Source: an uncultured Eubacteriales bacterium (GTDB lineage Bacteria > Bacillota > Clostridia > Oscillospirales > Acutalibacteraceae). From it: 64,000 bases of DNA. This document shows positions 9,011-19,001 of this stretch, piece by piece. Position numbers and translations under genes: made by a program. Each line of letters begins with the position of its first letter. Positions within the stretch are counted from its first letter, which is position 1. The stretch lies in NCBI GenBank assembly GCA_948527295.1, contig CAOSWK010000002.1:72416-136415 (forward strand), given 5' to 3'. Under the pieces are notes generated by a model. The model was not told where the DNA came from. It did not search any database and saw only the letters and a program-made list of their open reading frames with translations.

Positions 9011-10054
9011 TTACACCTCCACCGTCTTTGTAGATCTCCTCAGCTGCCCGCACGAGGCATTTATATCCGCGCCCAGCGTCCTTCTTATTGTAACATTTAT
9101 GCCATATTTTTCAAGGATATTAACAAACTTTTTTATTCGCTCCATCCCGCTTTTTTTATAACTCCCCGGCGCAAAATCAACGTCATTAGCAGGAATCAAA
9201 TTAACATGGCACAGCATTCCGCGAAGTTTTTCTGCCAAAAGTCTCGCACACTCGTCGCTGTCGTTAACCCCAGCTATCATCGCATACTCAAACGAAATTC
9301 TCCTATTCGTCTTGCTTATGTAAAATCTGCAGGCCGCCAAAAGGTCGTCCAAGCTATATTTCTTACTTATCGGCATTATCTTGCTTCGAGTCAAATCGTC
9401 CGGCGCGTGCAGCGAGACAGACAAAGTCAGCTGAAATTTTTCTTCGGCCAATTTGCAGATTTTATCAATTATACCACAGGTCGAGAGCGAAATATGGCGC
9501 ATTCCGATGTTCAAATTTTCCGCAGAAGAAACCAGCCTCAAAAACCTAACGACATTCTCGTAATTGTCAAGCGGCTCTCCCATTCCCATCAGCACAACAT
9601 TCGATATCCTGATCCCACTGTCCAACTCGGCCTCTTTAATCTGTGAAATCATCTCTGAAGCAGTCAAATTCCGCGCAAATCCGCCCTTCCCAGTAGCGCA
9701 AAACCTGCAGCCCATCTTGCAGCCAACCTGCGTCGATATGCAAATCGTGTACCCGTGCCGATAGCTCATCACAACGGCCTCGATATACTCTCCGTCGTTT
9801 AAGCGAAACAGATATTTTATCGTCCCGTCAATTTTAGATACCAACTTTCGCGCAATCTCGGCACCCACAATGTAATATTTCTCCGAAAGCTCGCCAATCA
9901 GGCTCTTGGGCAGGTTGCGCATATCACCAAAGCGCTTTACTCCCTTAACCAGCCACAGATAGACCTGCCTAGCCCTATACGCCGGGTAACCCGACTTTTT
10001 AAAATCCTCCAAAAGCTCCGCCTCAAACATCGACTTTATATCGACCAGCGCCAT
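9011..10054 (-). CDS. rlmN: 23S rRNA/tRNA (adenine-C2)-methyltransferase, radical SAM
   Basis: Radical SAM cluster CKMGCRFC, GMGEPLDN, C-terminal catalytic Cys region (INASCGQL). Conserved position upstream of stp-prkC. Confidence 0.9.
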   Translation of the reverse strand: MALVDIKSMFEAELLEDFKKSGYPAYRARQVYLWLVKGVKRFGDMRNLPKSLIGELSEKYYIVGAEIARKLVSKIDGTIKYLFRLNDGEYIEAVVMSYRHGYTICISTQVGCKMGCRFCATGKGGFARNLTASEMISQIKEAELDSGIRISNVVLMGMGEPLDNYENVVRFLRLVSSAENLNIGMRHISLSTCGIIDKICKLAEEKFQLTLSVSLHAPDDLTRSKIMPISKKYSLDDLLAACRFYISKTNRRISFEYAMIAGVNDSDECARLLAEKLRGMLCHVNLIPANDVDFAPGSYKKSGMERIKKFVNILEKYGINVTIRRTLGADINASCGQLRRSTKTVEV

Positions 10055-10084
10055 ATCTTCGATCCCTTCACTTTTTAATATCGC

Positions 10085-10792
10085 CTAATCGTCTCTCCGC
10101 CTGCCAGCAGCCACAGAAATCCAATAAAGTAGAGACATCCCAGCCGTGAATGTGGCCGCCAAATACGTCATTGCAGCTGCTGTTAAAACTTTTTTTGCAC
10201 CCGTTAGCTCTTCTCCGCAAAGCGTTCCGCCCTGCTCCAGCGTTGCAATCGCCCTCCGGCTCGCGTCAAACTCAACCGGCAGCGTTATAACTTGAAAAAG
10301 CACCGCCAAGCTAAACAGCGCGATTCCCAAATTAACGACGAAGTCGTATTGCACCGGCAGCAAAAGGCCAATAAAAATCAGGGGCATAGACAAAGTCGAG
10401 CCAATGTTCGTTACAGGAACCAAGGCTTTTCTAATGTTCATCGGAGCATATCCGTTGGCGTGTTGAACTGCATGCCCGGCCTCATGGGCGGCAACTCCAA
10501 CAGCAGCCACCGAAGTAGAAGAATAAACCGAGTCCGACAGGCGAATTACATTAGTTCGCGGGTCAAAATGATCGGTTAAATCGCCAGAAACATGCTCAAC
10601 CTCAACACCCGTAACGCCGTTTTGCGCCAAAACCCGAGTAGCCGCGTCCGCTCCAGTAAGCCCCCTAGAATTCCTGACCTTCGAATACTTCGAGAAAGTG
10701 CTGCTGACCTTAAACTGCGCGTAAAGCGAGATTATCAGCGCCGGCACCATAAACAAAAAATAGCTGTAGTCAAAATAATAAAATCCGTACAT
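10085..10792 (-). CDS. Membrane zinc metallopeptidase (YugP/Zn_peptidase_2-like)
   Basis: HEAGHAVQH zinc motif flanked by TM segments. GGGAGGA SD upstream. Confidence 0.75.
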   Translation of the reverse strand: MYGFYYFDYSYFLFMVPALIISLYAQFKVSSTFSKYSKVRNSRGLTGADAATRVLAQNGVTGVEVEHVSGDLTDHFDPRTNVIRLSDSVYSSTSVAAVGVAAHEAGHAVQHANGYAPMNIRKALVPVTNIGSTLSMPLIFIGLLLPVQYDFVVNLGIALFSLAVLFQVITLPVEFDASRRAIATLEQGGTLCGEELTGAKKVLTAAAMTYLAATFTAGMSLLYWISVAAGRRRDD

Positions 10793-10810
10793 AAAAATTT
10801 CCTCCCAAAT

Positions 10811-11740
10811 TCACCCTAAAGTTGCTCCAACACTCAATTTGTAGCCTCTCACAAAGTCCGCCGAGCTCATCCGCTTTTTAGACTCCAGCTGCAACTCCAA
10901 AACCTCAACCGCAGAGCCCCCTCCGCAGGCCACAACAAAAGGCGTCAACCTCACCACTTCGCCAGGATGTGCTGCCTTATCTTCCAATAAGACCGGCTTC
11001 GTTTTGTATATCTTCAAGACTTTCCCGTCCAAAGTAGTCTCGGCCACTGGCCATGGGTTAAGTCCTCGCACCAAGTTGTGCACCTCGGCGGCCGGCTTAT
11101 TCCAGTCAATTTTCGAAAACGATTTTTTCAGCATCGGCGCATAAGTTGCCTTTTGGTCGTCTTGCTTTTCCCTTATTATATCGCCCTTTTCTATCCCCTG
11201 TAAAGTTTTCAACAAAAGCTGCGCGCCCATTGCGCTTAGCCGGTCAAATAGCTCTCCCGAGGTCTCATTTTCTTCGATTTGCGTCTCGGCCTTTAAAAGG
11301 ATGTCCCCCGTGTCGAGCCCTTCGTCCATGCGCATTGTGGTCACGCCCGTAACCTTCTCGCCGTTTAGCACCGCCCACTGGATCGGCGCCGCTCCTCTGT
11401 ACTTTGGCAACAGTGACCCGTGCACATTGATGCATCCTCGTTCTGGCAGTGCCAAAATCGCTTTTGGCAATATTTTACCATAAGCCACCACAACAATCAA
11501 ATCCGGAGCCAGCCCCGATATTACGCGCAAAACCTCTCCGTCGTTTAAAGTTTCTGGCTGAAAGACTGCGATCCCGTGCCTCAGTGCGAGCTCTTTTACC
11601 GGTGGAGGCGCCAATTTGTAGCCCCGACCTTTTTTTTTGTCTGGCTGAGTAAAGACCGCCACCACCTCGTGCGCCGACCTTATCAAAGCCTCAAGGCACG
11701 GTACGGCAAAATCCGGCGTTCCCATGAATACAATTCTCAT
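10811..11740 (-). CDS. fmt: Methionyl-tRNA formyltransferase
   Basis: MRIVFMGTPDFAV N-terminus, HGSLLPKYRGAAPIQ motif. Start trimmed to ATG 11740. Downstream of def. Confidence 0.92.
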   Translation of the reverse strand: MRIVFMGTPDFAVPCLEALIRSAHEVVAVFTQPDKKKGRGYKLAPPPVKELALRHGIAVFQPETLNDGEVLRVISGLAPDLIVVVAYGKILPKAILALPERGCINVHGSLLPKYRGAAPIQWAVLNGEKVTGVTTMRMDEGLDTGDILLKAETQIEENETSGELFDRLSAMGAQLLLKTLQGIEKGDIIREKQDDQKATYAPMLKKSFSKIDWNKPAAEVHNLVRGLNPWPVAETTLDGKVLKIYKTKPVLLEDKAAHPGEVVRLTPFVVACGGGSAVEVLELQLESKKRMSSADFVRGYKLSVGATLG

Positions 11741-11783
11741 TCTATCGCCCCGCAAACAAATTTTCAGCTTTTTTCGTCAATTT

Positions 11784-12260
11784 TTAAGAGCTCTTTAAGT
11801 CCGATACATCCAGCATCTGTACTACATGACTCTTAAATAAAATCCCGTCCAAATGGTCAATCTCGTGACAAAAAGCCCTCGCCAACAAAGCTTCACCCTC
11901 GTAAATATGTTCTTTTCCAAGCCTGTCTAATGCCTTAACCTTAACCCTCATGGGCCTTTTGGTTATGCCGTATTCTCCCGGGCAAGAAAGGCAGCCCTCC
12001 GCTTCTTCCTGAAGCCCCTCCGCCTCGATAATCTCGGGGTTCACAAGCTCAATAGCTGGCTCGTCCCTGTCCACCTGAACAACCACCACTCTTTTTAGCA
12101 TGCCCACCTGCGGCGCCGCCAATCCGACTCCGTTATTAAGCCGCATCGTTTCGATCATATCGTCGATAAGCTGCGCCAGTCTTTCGTCAAAATTTTCAAT
12201 AACGCGGCACTTCTTCGATAAAATCGGGTCTCCTTCCAAAACTATGTTCCTGATCGCCAT
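11784..12260 (-). CDS. def: Peptide deformylase
   Basis: GVGLAAPQ, EGCLS, HEIDH motifs. Confidence 0.93.
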   Translation of the reverse strand: MAIRNIVLEGDPILSKKCRVIENFDERLAQLIDDMIETMRLNNGVGLAAPQVGMLKRVVVVQVDRDEPAIELVNPEIIEAEGLQEEAEGCLSCPGEYGITKRPMRVKVKALDRLGKEHIYEGEALLARAFCHEIDHLDGILFKSHVVQMLDVSDLKSS

Positions 12261-12284
12261 AATATCAACATTCCTTTCAATATT

Positions 12285-14759
12285 TTATAAAATCGATTCC
12301 GGATTAACGTCGACAAATGTGCTAATTCCAGAAAATTTTTTGCACTCATCCAGCTTAAAAAGCGCGTCATTAACGAGCCTATCAAAGGTCTTCTCGTCCT
12401 TAAACTTAACAATTATCTTATATCTAAACTTATTATTAACCTTAAAAATCCGGGCCGGTGAAGGCCCTAAGATTCTAACAGCCAAGCCAGAATACTCACT
12501 TTTGATAAGCTCTTTTAATATTCCAAAAAAGAAAAATGCCGCATCTATCACCTTAGTTTTTCTCTCTCCCACAAAGCCAATCACGCAAAGCTTGGCGAAC
12601 GGCGGGTATAGCATGGCCCTTCTCAGCACTATCTCGTCCTTATAAAATGAGTCATAATCCTGATCTGCCGCCAATTTTATGATTGGATTTTCTGGCGTGA
12701 ACGTCTGGATAACCGCACAGCCGCTGTAAGTAGCTCGTCCCGCCCGGCCAATCACCTGAGTAAGCAGCGAAAATGCCCGTTCATAGCTCCTAAAATCAGC
12801 ACCATACAAGGCCTGATCCGCCAGCAATACTCCCACCAAAGTGACATTCGGAAAGTCTAGCCCCTTCGCGATCATCTGCGTCCCCAACATCACATCATAG
12901 CTGCCATTTGCAAACGCGTTCAACTTTTTCTCGTAAGCAAACTTCGTCATTGTCGTGTCAGAATCCATTCGCAGAATTCTAGCACCCGGCAGACTTTTTT
13001 GCAAATCCTCCTCAGCCCGCTGCGTTCCAAAGCCTATGTACTTCAAATCATGCTCATGGCAGCTTGGGCATTCGCCCGTGATGTCCATAGAAAAGCTGCA
13101 ATAATGGCACATCAGCCTTTGGTTGGCAGAGTGAAACGTCAGCGCAATGCTGCAATTCGGGCACATCACCACCTGCATGCAGCTCCGGCACGTCACCATC
13201 GTGTGGTAGCCCCTCCTATTAAGCAGCAAAATCGACTGTTTGCCGTTACTCAAGTTCTCCTCAAGCCTATCGATAAGCTGCTGGCTAAATGCACTGCAGT
13301 TGCCCGACTCCTGCTCCTTGTTCATGTCCACAACAGAAACCTTCGGCAAACTTGCGCCAGAGTAGCGTTTTTTCAAAACACTGATGTTATAAACATTCTG
13401 CTCCGCGAAAAAAAAGCTCTCGACCGACGGCGTGGCAGAGGACAGCAGCAACAAACACTTATGGTAGCAACATCTAAATTTGGCGATTTCTCTAGCGTGA
13501 AAGCGAGGTGTAGCCTCTGATTTGTAACTAGACTCCTGCTCCTCGTCCATAATGACAAGCCCAACCTCTTCAAACGGCGCAAAGACAGCCGACCGAGTCC
13601 CCACAACCACGTTAACCAAACCATCCTTAACCCTACGATATTCGTCAAGCCGCTCCGATGTTGACAGTCCGCTGTGAAAAACCGCAACTTTATCCAAAAA
13701 TCCACCCTTAAAAATGGCCACCATCTGCGCTGTCAACGCGATCTCTGGCACCATAACAATGACGTTCTTTCCATCTGCAACAACATCCTCTATCAAGCGC
13801 ATGAACACTGAGGTTTTGCCGCTACCGGTAACTCCATAAAGCAGTGAACCCTTGTATCCATGCCCTTTATAAAGTTTATAAATAGACTCATACGCGTCAG
13901 TCTGCTCCTTTGTTAAAGTCACATCCCTTGAAAATCCCGAAAACTTCACGTTTTTATAGGGGTCTCTGTAAGCTTTATCATCAAAATATTCTGCGATATT
14001 TTTTTTCACCAAATTGTCCACAACAGCGGCGCCAACGCCAGTTAAATACAAAATTTCTTTAAAAGAAATTCCGCTCAAGTTCTGCTTCAAAACGTTAAAG
14101 ACAATTTTTTGCTTGGAGGTGAGTTTAATGTTATCTCGCAGCACTCCTGCCTTTAACCGAACCATCTTCACCGTAGCATCAGTCACTGCCCTTTTTTTAG
14201 CCTCTTTTTTTTGAATCACGCCCGTATTTTCTAGGCTTTTCAAGCAATTCAAAATGTCCGCGCCAAACCTGGCAATCAAGGTTTCCTTAGCAACCCATTC
14301 CGAAACATTCTCTAAGTAAACCACCAAATCTCTCTTCAAAGCGGTACAGTCACTAATTTGAGTCTCATCAAATCCATCGCAAAGCCTAAATTTCTCATGT
14401 AGCTTAAAGCTCATTCCAGCCGGAATCATCAATTTAACGGCATCAAAAATCGTACAAAAATATTTCTGCTTCATAAACTGGGCAAGCTTCAACATCTCAT
14501 CATTCAAAAGCGGCGCTTCATCTAGCACCGCAAAAACTTCCTTTAATTTAATCCCAGCTCCATCAGATTTATCCGAGGCAACCTCTGTCTGCAGCACGAT
14601 TCCTTGGCGCTTTTTATTGCCCACTCCAAAAGGAACCAGCACTCTGCAGCCCAAAGCCACTTCCTCAGCGAGCTCCCTTGGCAGCACATAGTCATAAAGC
14701 TTATCCAGCCGGTAAACAATATGCTCAACCGCAACTTTTACCATGAATTTTTGTGACAT
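12285..14759 (-). CDS. priA: Primosomal protein N' (replication restart helicase)
   Basis: Walker A GVTGSGKT, DEEQ box, Cys-rich zinc-binding insert (CRSC..CPNC..CHYC..CPSC), 824 aa. Confidence 0.92.
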   Translation of the reverse strand: MSQKFMVKVAVEHIVYRLDKLYDYVLPRELAEEVALGCRVLVPFGVGNKKRQGIVLQTEVASDKSDGAGIKLKEVFAVLDEAPLLNDEMLKLAQFMKQKYFCTIFDAVKLMIPAGMSFKLHEKFRLCDGFDETQISDCTALKRDLVVYLENVSEWVAKETLIARFGADILNCLKSLENTGVIQKKEAKKRAVTDATVKMVRLKAGVLRDNIKLTSKQKIVFNVLKQNLSGISFKEILYLTGVGAAVVDNLVKKNIAEYFDDKAYRDPYKNVKFSGFSRDVTLTKEQTDAYESIYKLYKGHGYKGSLLYGVTGSGKTSVFMRLIEDVVADGKNVIVMVPEIALTAQMVAIFKGGFLDKVAVFHSGLSTSERLDEYRRVKDGLVNVVVGTRSAVFAPFEEVGLVIMDEEQESSYKSEATPRFHAREIAKFRCCYHKCLLLLSSATPSVESFFFAEQNVYNISVLKKRYSGASLPKVSVVDMNKEQESGNCSAFSQQLIDRLEENLSNGKQSILLLNRRGYHTMVTCRSCMQVVMCPNCSIALTFHSANQRLMCHYCSFSMDITGECPSCHEHDLKYIGFGTQRAEEDLQKSLPGARILRMDSDTTMTKFAYEKKLNAFANGSYDVMLGTQMIAKGLDFPNVTLVGVLLADQALYGADFRSYERAFSLLTQVIGRAGRATYSGCAVIQTFTPENPIIKLAADQDYDSFYKDEIVLRRAMLYPPFAKLCVIGFVGERKTKVIDAAFFFFGILKELIKSEYSGLAVRILGPSPARIFKVNNKFRYKIIVKFKDEKTFDRLVNDALFKLDECKKFSGISTFVDVNPESIL

Positions 14760-14809
14760 AAAACTTCCTCAAACCCAGCATCTTGGCCTATAGCCATAAT
14801 TTTGCCGGC

Positions 14810-15013
14810 CTAATTGTTAATATCCGGTTCAAATATTTCGTATTTGTGCGCCTTAAAGTCCCGTATTGCGAGGTTTACTGGCTTTTCCACCAGCGGCTCT
14901 CCATTTTGCTCGGCCTCTCTGGTAATCTCCCTCGCGCGCTTAGCCACGCCAATTACCAACGCATACTTGCTCTTCCTTCCCGACAACATCTCATCGATCG
15001 ACGGTTTTTGCAT
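14810..15013 (-). CDS. rpoZ: DNA-directed RNA polymerase subunit omega
   Basis: 67-aa protein with an omega-like core (YALVIGVAKRAREI). Canonical position after gmk; its start overlaps the gmk 3' end. Confidence 0.85.
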   Translation of the reverse strand: MQKPSIDEMLSGRKSKYALVIGVAKRAREITREAEQNGEPLVEKPVNLAIRDFKAHKYEIFEPDINN

Positions 15014-15617
15014 TGTTCAACACCTCATTAACAATATTTTTCATCCTGCAAACCCTGAATTTTTCGGCATTTATAATAGAATATATATTCCGCGCGCATT
15101 TATCCGCGTCGTCATTTATAACGATATAATCGTAGTCCAACGAATATGCAATCTCATCCGCAGCCCTTGCCAAGCGACTTTCCAAACTTTTTTTGTCTTC
15201 TGTGCCGCGGTTAAACAGCCTATCCGCCAGAACCTCCATGGAAGTCGGCAATATAAATATCCTCAGCGAGTCCTCGCACTTTTCTTTTATCTGCCTGGCG
15301 CCCTCTGTCTCTATCTTTAGCACAACGTCCTTCCCGCTGTTTAGCAGTTTTTCGACCACTTTTTTGGACGTTCCGTAGTAATTATCGCAATACTTGGCAT
15401 GTTCCAGCAAAGTTTTGTTCGATATCGCGTCGCAAAAAGCCTCCTCCGAAACAAAAAAGTAATCCTTCCCGTCAACTTCGCCGTCCCTAGCGGGCCTCGT
15501 TGTTGCAGAGACCGACTTCACAATGTTATCATCAAGCTTAATGAGTTTTTCAAGCACGGTGTCCTTTCCCGAACCAGAAGGCCCCGACAAAACGATCAGC
15601 AAGCCGTTATTACTCAT
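14991..15617 (-). CDS. gmk: Guanylate kinase
   Basis: [10 protein letters not shown]-loop, [20 protein letters not shown]. Start trimmed to ATG 15617. Confidence 0.92.
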   Translation of the reverse strand: MSNNGLLIVLSGPSGSGKDTVLEKLIKLDDNIVKSVSATTRPARDGEVDGKDYFFVSEEAFCDAISNKTLLEHAKYCDNYYGTSKKVVEKLLNSGKDVVLKIETEGARQIKEKCEDSLRIFILPTSMEVLADRLFNRGTEDKKSLESRLARAADEIAYSLDYDYIVINDDADKCARNIYSIINAEKFRVCRMKNIVNEVLNNAKTVDR

Positions 15618-15885
15618 ACAGATCTGGTTCCTCCCCGCCGTTTTGAGAGCATCCACCTTTTAGCCTATTAACAATCGTCTCTGGATGCAAGGCCGAAAGA
15701 ATCATAAGCTCGCAATCCGTCACGATAACAGCCCTCGTCCGCCTACCGCAAGTCGCATCTATTAGCTCATTTTTGTTTCTCGCCTCGCTAACAGCCCGCT
15801 TTATCGGCGCCGCATCTGGGCACACGATGCTAACGATCCTCGCGGATGACACCATATTGCCAAACCCGATGTTTATAAACTTCAT
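15610..15885 (-). CDS. remA: RemA/YlzA family (DUF370) regulator
   Basis: [27 protein letters not shown] and [11 protein letters not shown] match the RemA family pattern. Upstream of gmk as in Bacillus. Confidence 0.85.
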   Translation of the reverse strand: MKFINIGFGNMVSSARIVSIVCPDAAPIKRAVSEARNKNELIDATCGRRTRAVIVTDCELMILSALHPETIVNRLKGGCSQNGGEEPDLYE

Positions 15886-16146
15886 AACGCTTTATTTCTC
15901 CCTTTTTGCGCCCCGCCACAAAAATAAATTTATGATATTATTTTATCAAATTTTACGCGCACTGTCAAGCACGCGTGTTAGCTTGAGTTTTGCTGGGTAA
16001 TTTTATTTAATCCGCGCTGGAATCGCCTTCACGGCTGCGAAAATTTGGGGATATTAATTTGCGCGCGTTTATGATATAATAAAATTTAACGATTGAAAAA
16101 GGAGGCAAACGGGGGCCGCGCGCCTCTTTACAGTGACCTTTGTACA

Positions 16147-16812
16147 ATGAGAATAAGAAGAAAGCCTTGGGCCAGGCCAGAGCTTGCGGCTTGCGAGTTT
16201 TTTGTTGACGACCCCGCGCTAAATAAGGGCAACTGGCGTAATCTTTTTGGCAAAAAGCAGCCGATTTACTTAGAGCTAGGGTGCGGGAAGGGCTCTTTTA
16301 TCGCAGAAATCGCTAGCAAAAGCTTGGACAAAAACTTTATCGCAGTCGACATAAAAAGCGAGGTTTTGGCTCTTGCAAAAAGAAATGTTGAGCGTCAATA
16401 CTCTGCCCTAGGCCGGTCGATTGATAATCTTTTTTTAACAGCACAAAACATCGAGCACATAGACGATATCCTTAGCGAAAGTGACGTAATCTCGCGGATT
16501 TACATAAATTTTTGCAACCCTTGGCCAAAGCCGAGGCACAAAAAGCGCCGATTAACGCATCCGCGGCAGGTTGAAAAGTATAAAAAGTTTTTGGCGCCGG
16601 GTGGCGAAATTTACTTCAAGACCGATGACGATGGCCTTTTTTACGAGAGCATCACTTATTTTAAGGAGTCCGGGTTTGAGATAATTTATGTGACCGAAGA
16701 TTTGTTAAACTCCAGGTTTGACGGGAATATTTCAACAGAGCACGAAAAAATGTTTTGCGAGATGGGCAAAAAAATAAAATTTTTGATCGCGCGGCTATGT
16801 CACGGCAAATAG
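16147..16812 (+). CDS. trmB: tRNA (guanine-N7)-methyltransferase
   Basis: [10 protein letters not shown]-terminus typical of TrmB, SAM motif [15 protein letters not shown]. Start set to ATG 16147. Confidence 0.88.
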   Translation: MRIRRKPWARPELAACEFFVDDPALNKGNWRNLFGKKQPIYLELGCGKGSFIAEIASKSLDKNFIAVDIKSEVLALAKRNVERQYSALGRSIDNLFLTAQNIEHIDDILSESDVISRIYINFCNPWPKPRHKKRRLTHPRQVEKYKKFLAPGGEIYFKTDDDGLFYESITYFKESGFEIIYVTEDLLNSRFDGNISTEHEKMFCEMGKKIKFLIARLCHGK

Positions 16813-16834
16813 ACAACAAAAAGGAGCTAATAAA

Positions 16835-18196
16835 ATGAAAAAAATCCTGATTTTGCCAATTTTTATTATGCTTTTTACTTCGGGGTGTTCTCTTAGCAAC
16901 TTTAACACCAGCAATCTGATGCATCCGCCCAAGGCCACTGGCGAAATGGCGCAGATTCAGGCGCTTATTGAGCGCACAGTCGGCGAGGATATCATCTTTA
17001 AGTACCCGCAAAATGGCGATTTTAAGTCCGCCATTATTATGCACGACTTGGACGGCGACTCGCAAGACGAGGCGATCGCGGTTTATCAGCTGGCCTCGCA
17101 GGATGCGCAATCTTATATAATGGTTATCGACAAAGTTGGCGACACATGGAAGGTTATCAAGACCATCGATGCCAAGGGTGTCGATTTGGACAAGGTTTGC
17201 TTTGGCGACATTAACGGCGACGGCATTGATGACATCATTTTGGGCTGGAGCAGCTATACGAGTTACGGCAAGGAGCTTACGGTTATCCTTTATGAGGATG
17301 GCAACTATAACGATTTGACGCCGGAGGAGACTTACTCCGACATGCTTGTGAGCGATTTTGACGGCGATGGTCGGTCCGAGATTTTGACTTTATCAGTGAG
17401 CAGGCGCGAAGATACTCAGTCTGACGACGATGCTAATAAAACCGCCAGGGCTCGGCTTTTAAAGCTAGATTCCGAAAGCCGAAAATTTAAGGCGATGGGC
17501 AGCGCGCTTATAGACTCGACGGTTGTTAAGTACACTCACGCGCAGTTTGGCAAAATAGACGATTCGCAGTGCGGCGCCGTGATTGATGCTATTACCGACA
17601 AGGGCCGCACTATGACGGAGATTGTCTATTGGGATAAAGCTGCTAGTCGCTTGAGAGTGCCTTTTTACGATAGTCAAAAGCTGAGTTCCCCGGAATTTCT
17701 GAGAAATAGCGTTGTTCATTCTAGCGACATCAATAATGACGGGATTATTGAAATTCCTAAAGTTGACTTGACCGATGGTTCTAACGAGAAGTTCACCTAT
17801 GTTTTGTCTTGGTTCCGGCACAACGTGGCTTCTGCCAAGAACGACTACGTCGAAAGCCTCATTATGAACGAGAAGGACTCCTATATTTTTGTCGTGCCCG
17901 GCAAATGGAAGCGGCCGACCTTGGGTGACTATACTGTTCGGTTCGGCTATGACTACAATTCACGCACGTTGCGAATTTTTGAGCGCATTGAGCATGATGG
18001 TCAGGTTGTTAAGAATCGTGAATTCTTGAATATTGCGGTATTTTCTAAAAAAGAATTTGACGAATTGCCCAACAGGACTGAATATCAGATTTTGACCCAA
18101 GAAGGAAACCGCATTTATGCGTCGATTGCTTTGGTTGAGGACTCTGAATTGGCCATTCCGGCTGAAGAGATTAAAAATAATTTTAGAACTATTTAA
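16835..18196 (+). CDS. Lipoprotein with FG-GAP/VCBS-like calcium-binding repeats
   Basis: Lipobox LFTSGC. Four D-x-D/N-G-D-G-type loops (DLDGDSQDEAI, GDINGDGIDDII, SDFDGDGRSEIL, DINNDGIIEIP). Confidence 0.55.
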   Translation: MKKILILPIFIMLFTSGCSLSNFNTSNLMHPPKATGEMAQIQALIERTVGEDIIFKYPQNGDFKSAIIMHDLDGDSQDEAIAVYQLASQDAQSYIMVIDKVGDTWKVIKTIDAKGVDLDKVCFGDINGDGIDDIILGWSSYTSYGKELTVILYEDGNYNDLTPEETYSDMLVSDFDGDGRSEILTLSVSRREDTQSDDDANKTARARLLKLDSESRKFKAMGSALIDSTVVKYTHAQFGKIDDSQCGAVIDAITDKGRTMTEIVYWDKAASRLRVPFYDSQKLSSPEFLRNSVVHSSDINNDGIIEIPKVDLTDGSNEKFTYVLSWFRHNVASAKNDYVESLIMNEKDSYIFVVPGKWKRPTLGDYTVRFGYDYNSRTLRIFERIEHDGQVVKNREFLNIAVFSKKEFDELPNRTEYQILTQEGNRIYASIALVEDSELAIPAEEIKNNFRTI

Positions 18197-18248
18197 ATTT
18201 TACGGGGAGGTATAGGCACTCGGTGAGCTCTTGTGCCGATTAACACTT

Positions 18249-18947
18249 ATGAAGAAGATTTTGGTTGTGGAAGACGAGGCGGCAATTCGCGAATTTGTGG
18301 TTATTAACTTACAAAGAGCCGGATACGACGTGACGGAGGCTGATTGCGGAGAAAAAGCGCTGCAGATTTACGAGGCTGATCCGACTTTTGACATTGCTGT
18401 GCTCGATATCATGATGCCGGGAATTGACGGAATTTCGGTGTGCAAGGAGCTTCGGAAGCAGAACAACGAGATCGGGATAATCATGCTGACGGCGAAAACG
18501 CAGGAAATGGACAAAATCACTGGCTTGATGACGGGCGCGGACGATTACGTTACGAAACCTTTTAGCCCCTCGGAGCTTGTCGCTCGGATTGATGCGGTTT
18601 ATCGGCGAGTGGCTCTGGCTCAGATGCGCGCTGAAAATAAGTTTAAAGAAGAGCTGAAATCTGGCGAATTCATCTTGAATATGCGCAATCGAACACTCTT
18701 AAAGCGCGGCGAGTTGGTCGAGTTGACGCAGGTTGAATTTCAGATTATGGAATATTTTTTCTCTAACCCCAGCACGGCGCTTAGCCGGACGGACATTCTG
18801 AATCATGTTTGGGGCGATGATTACGTTGGCGAGGAGAAAATCGTTGACGTGAATATCCGCAGGCTGAGGATGAAGGTTGAGGATGAGCCCTCGCTTCCGC
18901 GGCACATCTTGACGGTATGGGGACTTGGCTACAAGTGGGAGGCTTAG
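18249..18947 (+). CDS. OmpR-family response regulator
   Basis: Receiver domain (VVEDE, DIMMPGIDG, LTAK) plus winged-helix output (VDVNIRRLRMK, WGLGYKW). Start set to MKKILVVEDE. Confidence 0.9.
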   Translation: MKKILVVEDEAAIREFVVINLQRAGYDVTEADCGEKALQIYEADPTFDIAVLDIMMPGIDGISVCKELRKQNNEIGIIMLTAKTQEMDKITGLMTGADDYVTKPFSPSELVARIDAVYRRVALAQMRAENKFKEELKSGEFILNMRNRTLLKRGELVELTQVEFQIMEYFFSNPSTALSRTDILNHVWGDDYVGEEKIVDVNIRRLRMKVEDEPSLPRHILTVWGLGYKWEA

Positions 18948-19001
18948 ATTCGCATTACGCGTGGGTTTGAGAATAGTCTTTTTTGAAAAGAGGCGAGTTT
19001 T

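Noticed and set aside
16093-16146. Upstream TTG start for trmB next to a strong AAGGAGG (track ORF start 16093)
   Set aside because: The SD lies inside, not upstream of, the TTG-initiated ORF. It is 42 nt from ATG 16147, which gives the family-typical [10 protein letters not shown]-terminus. The extra 18 residues have no counterpart in the TrmB proteins I know. The orphan SD remains unexplained, but I do not call a feature for it.
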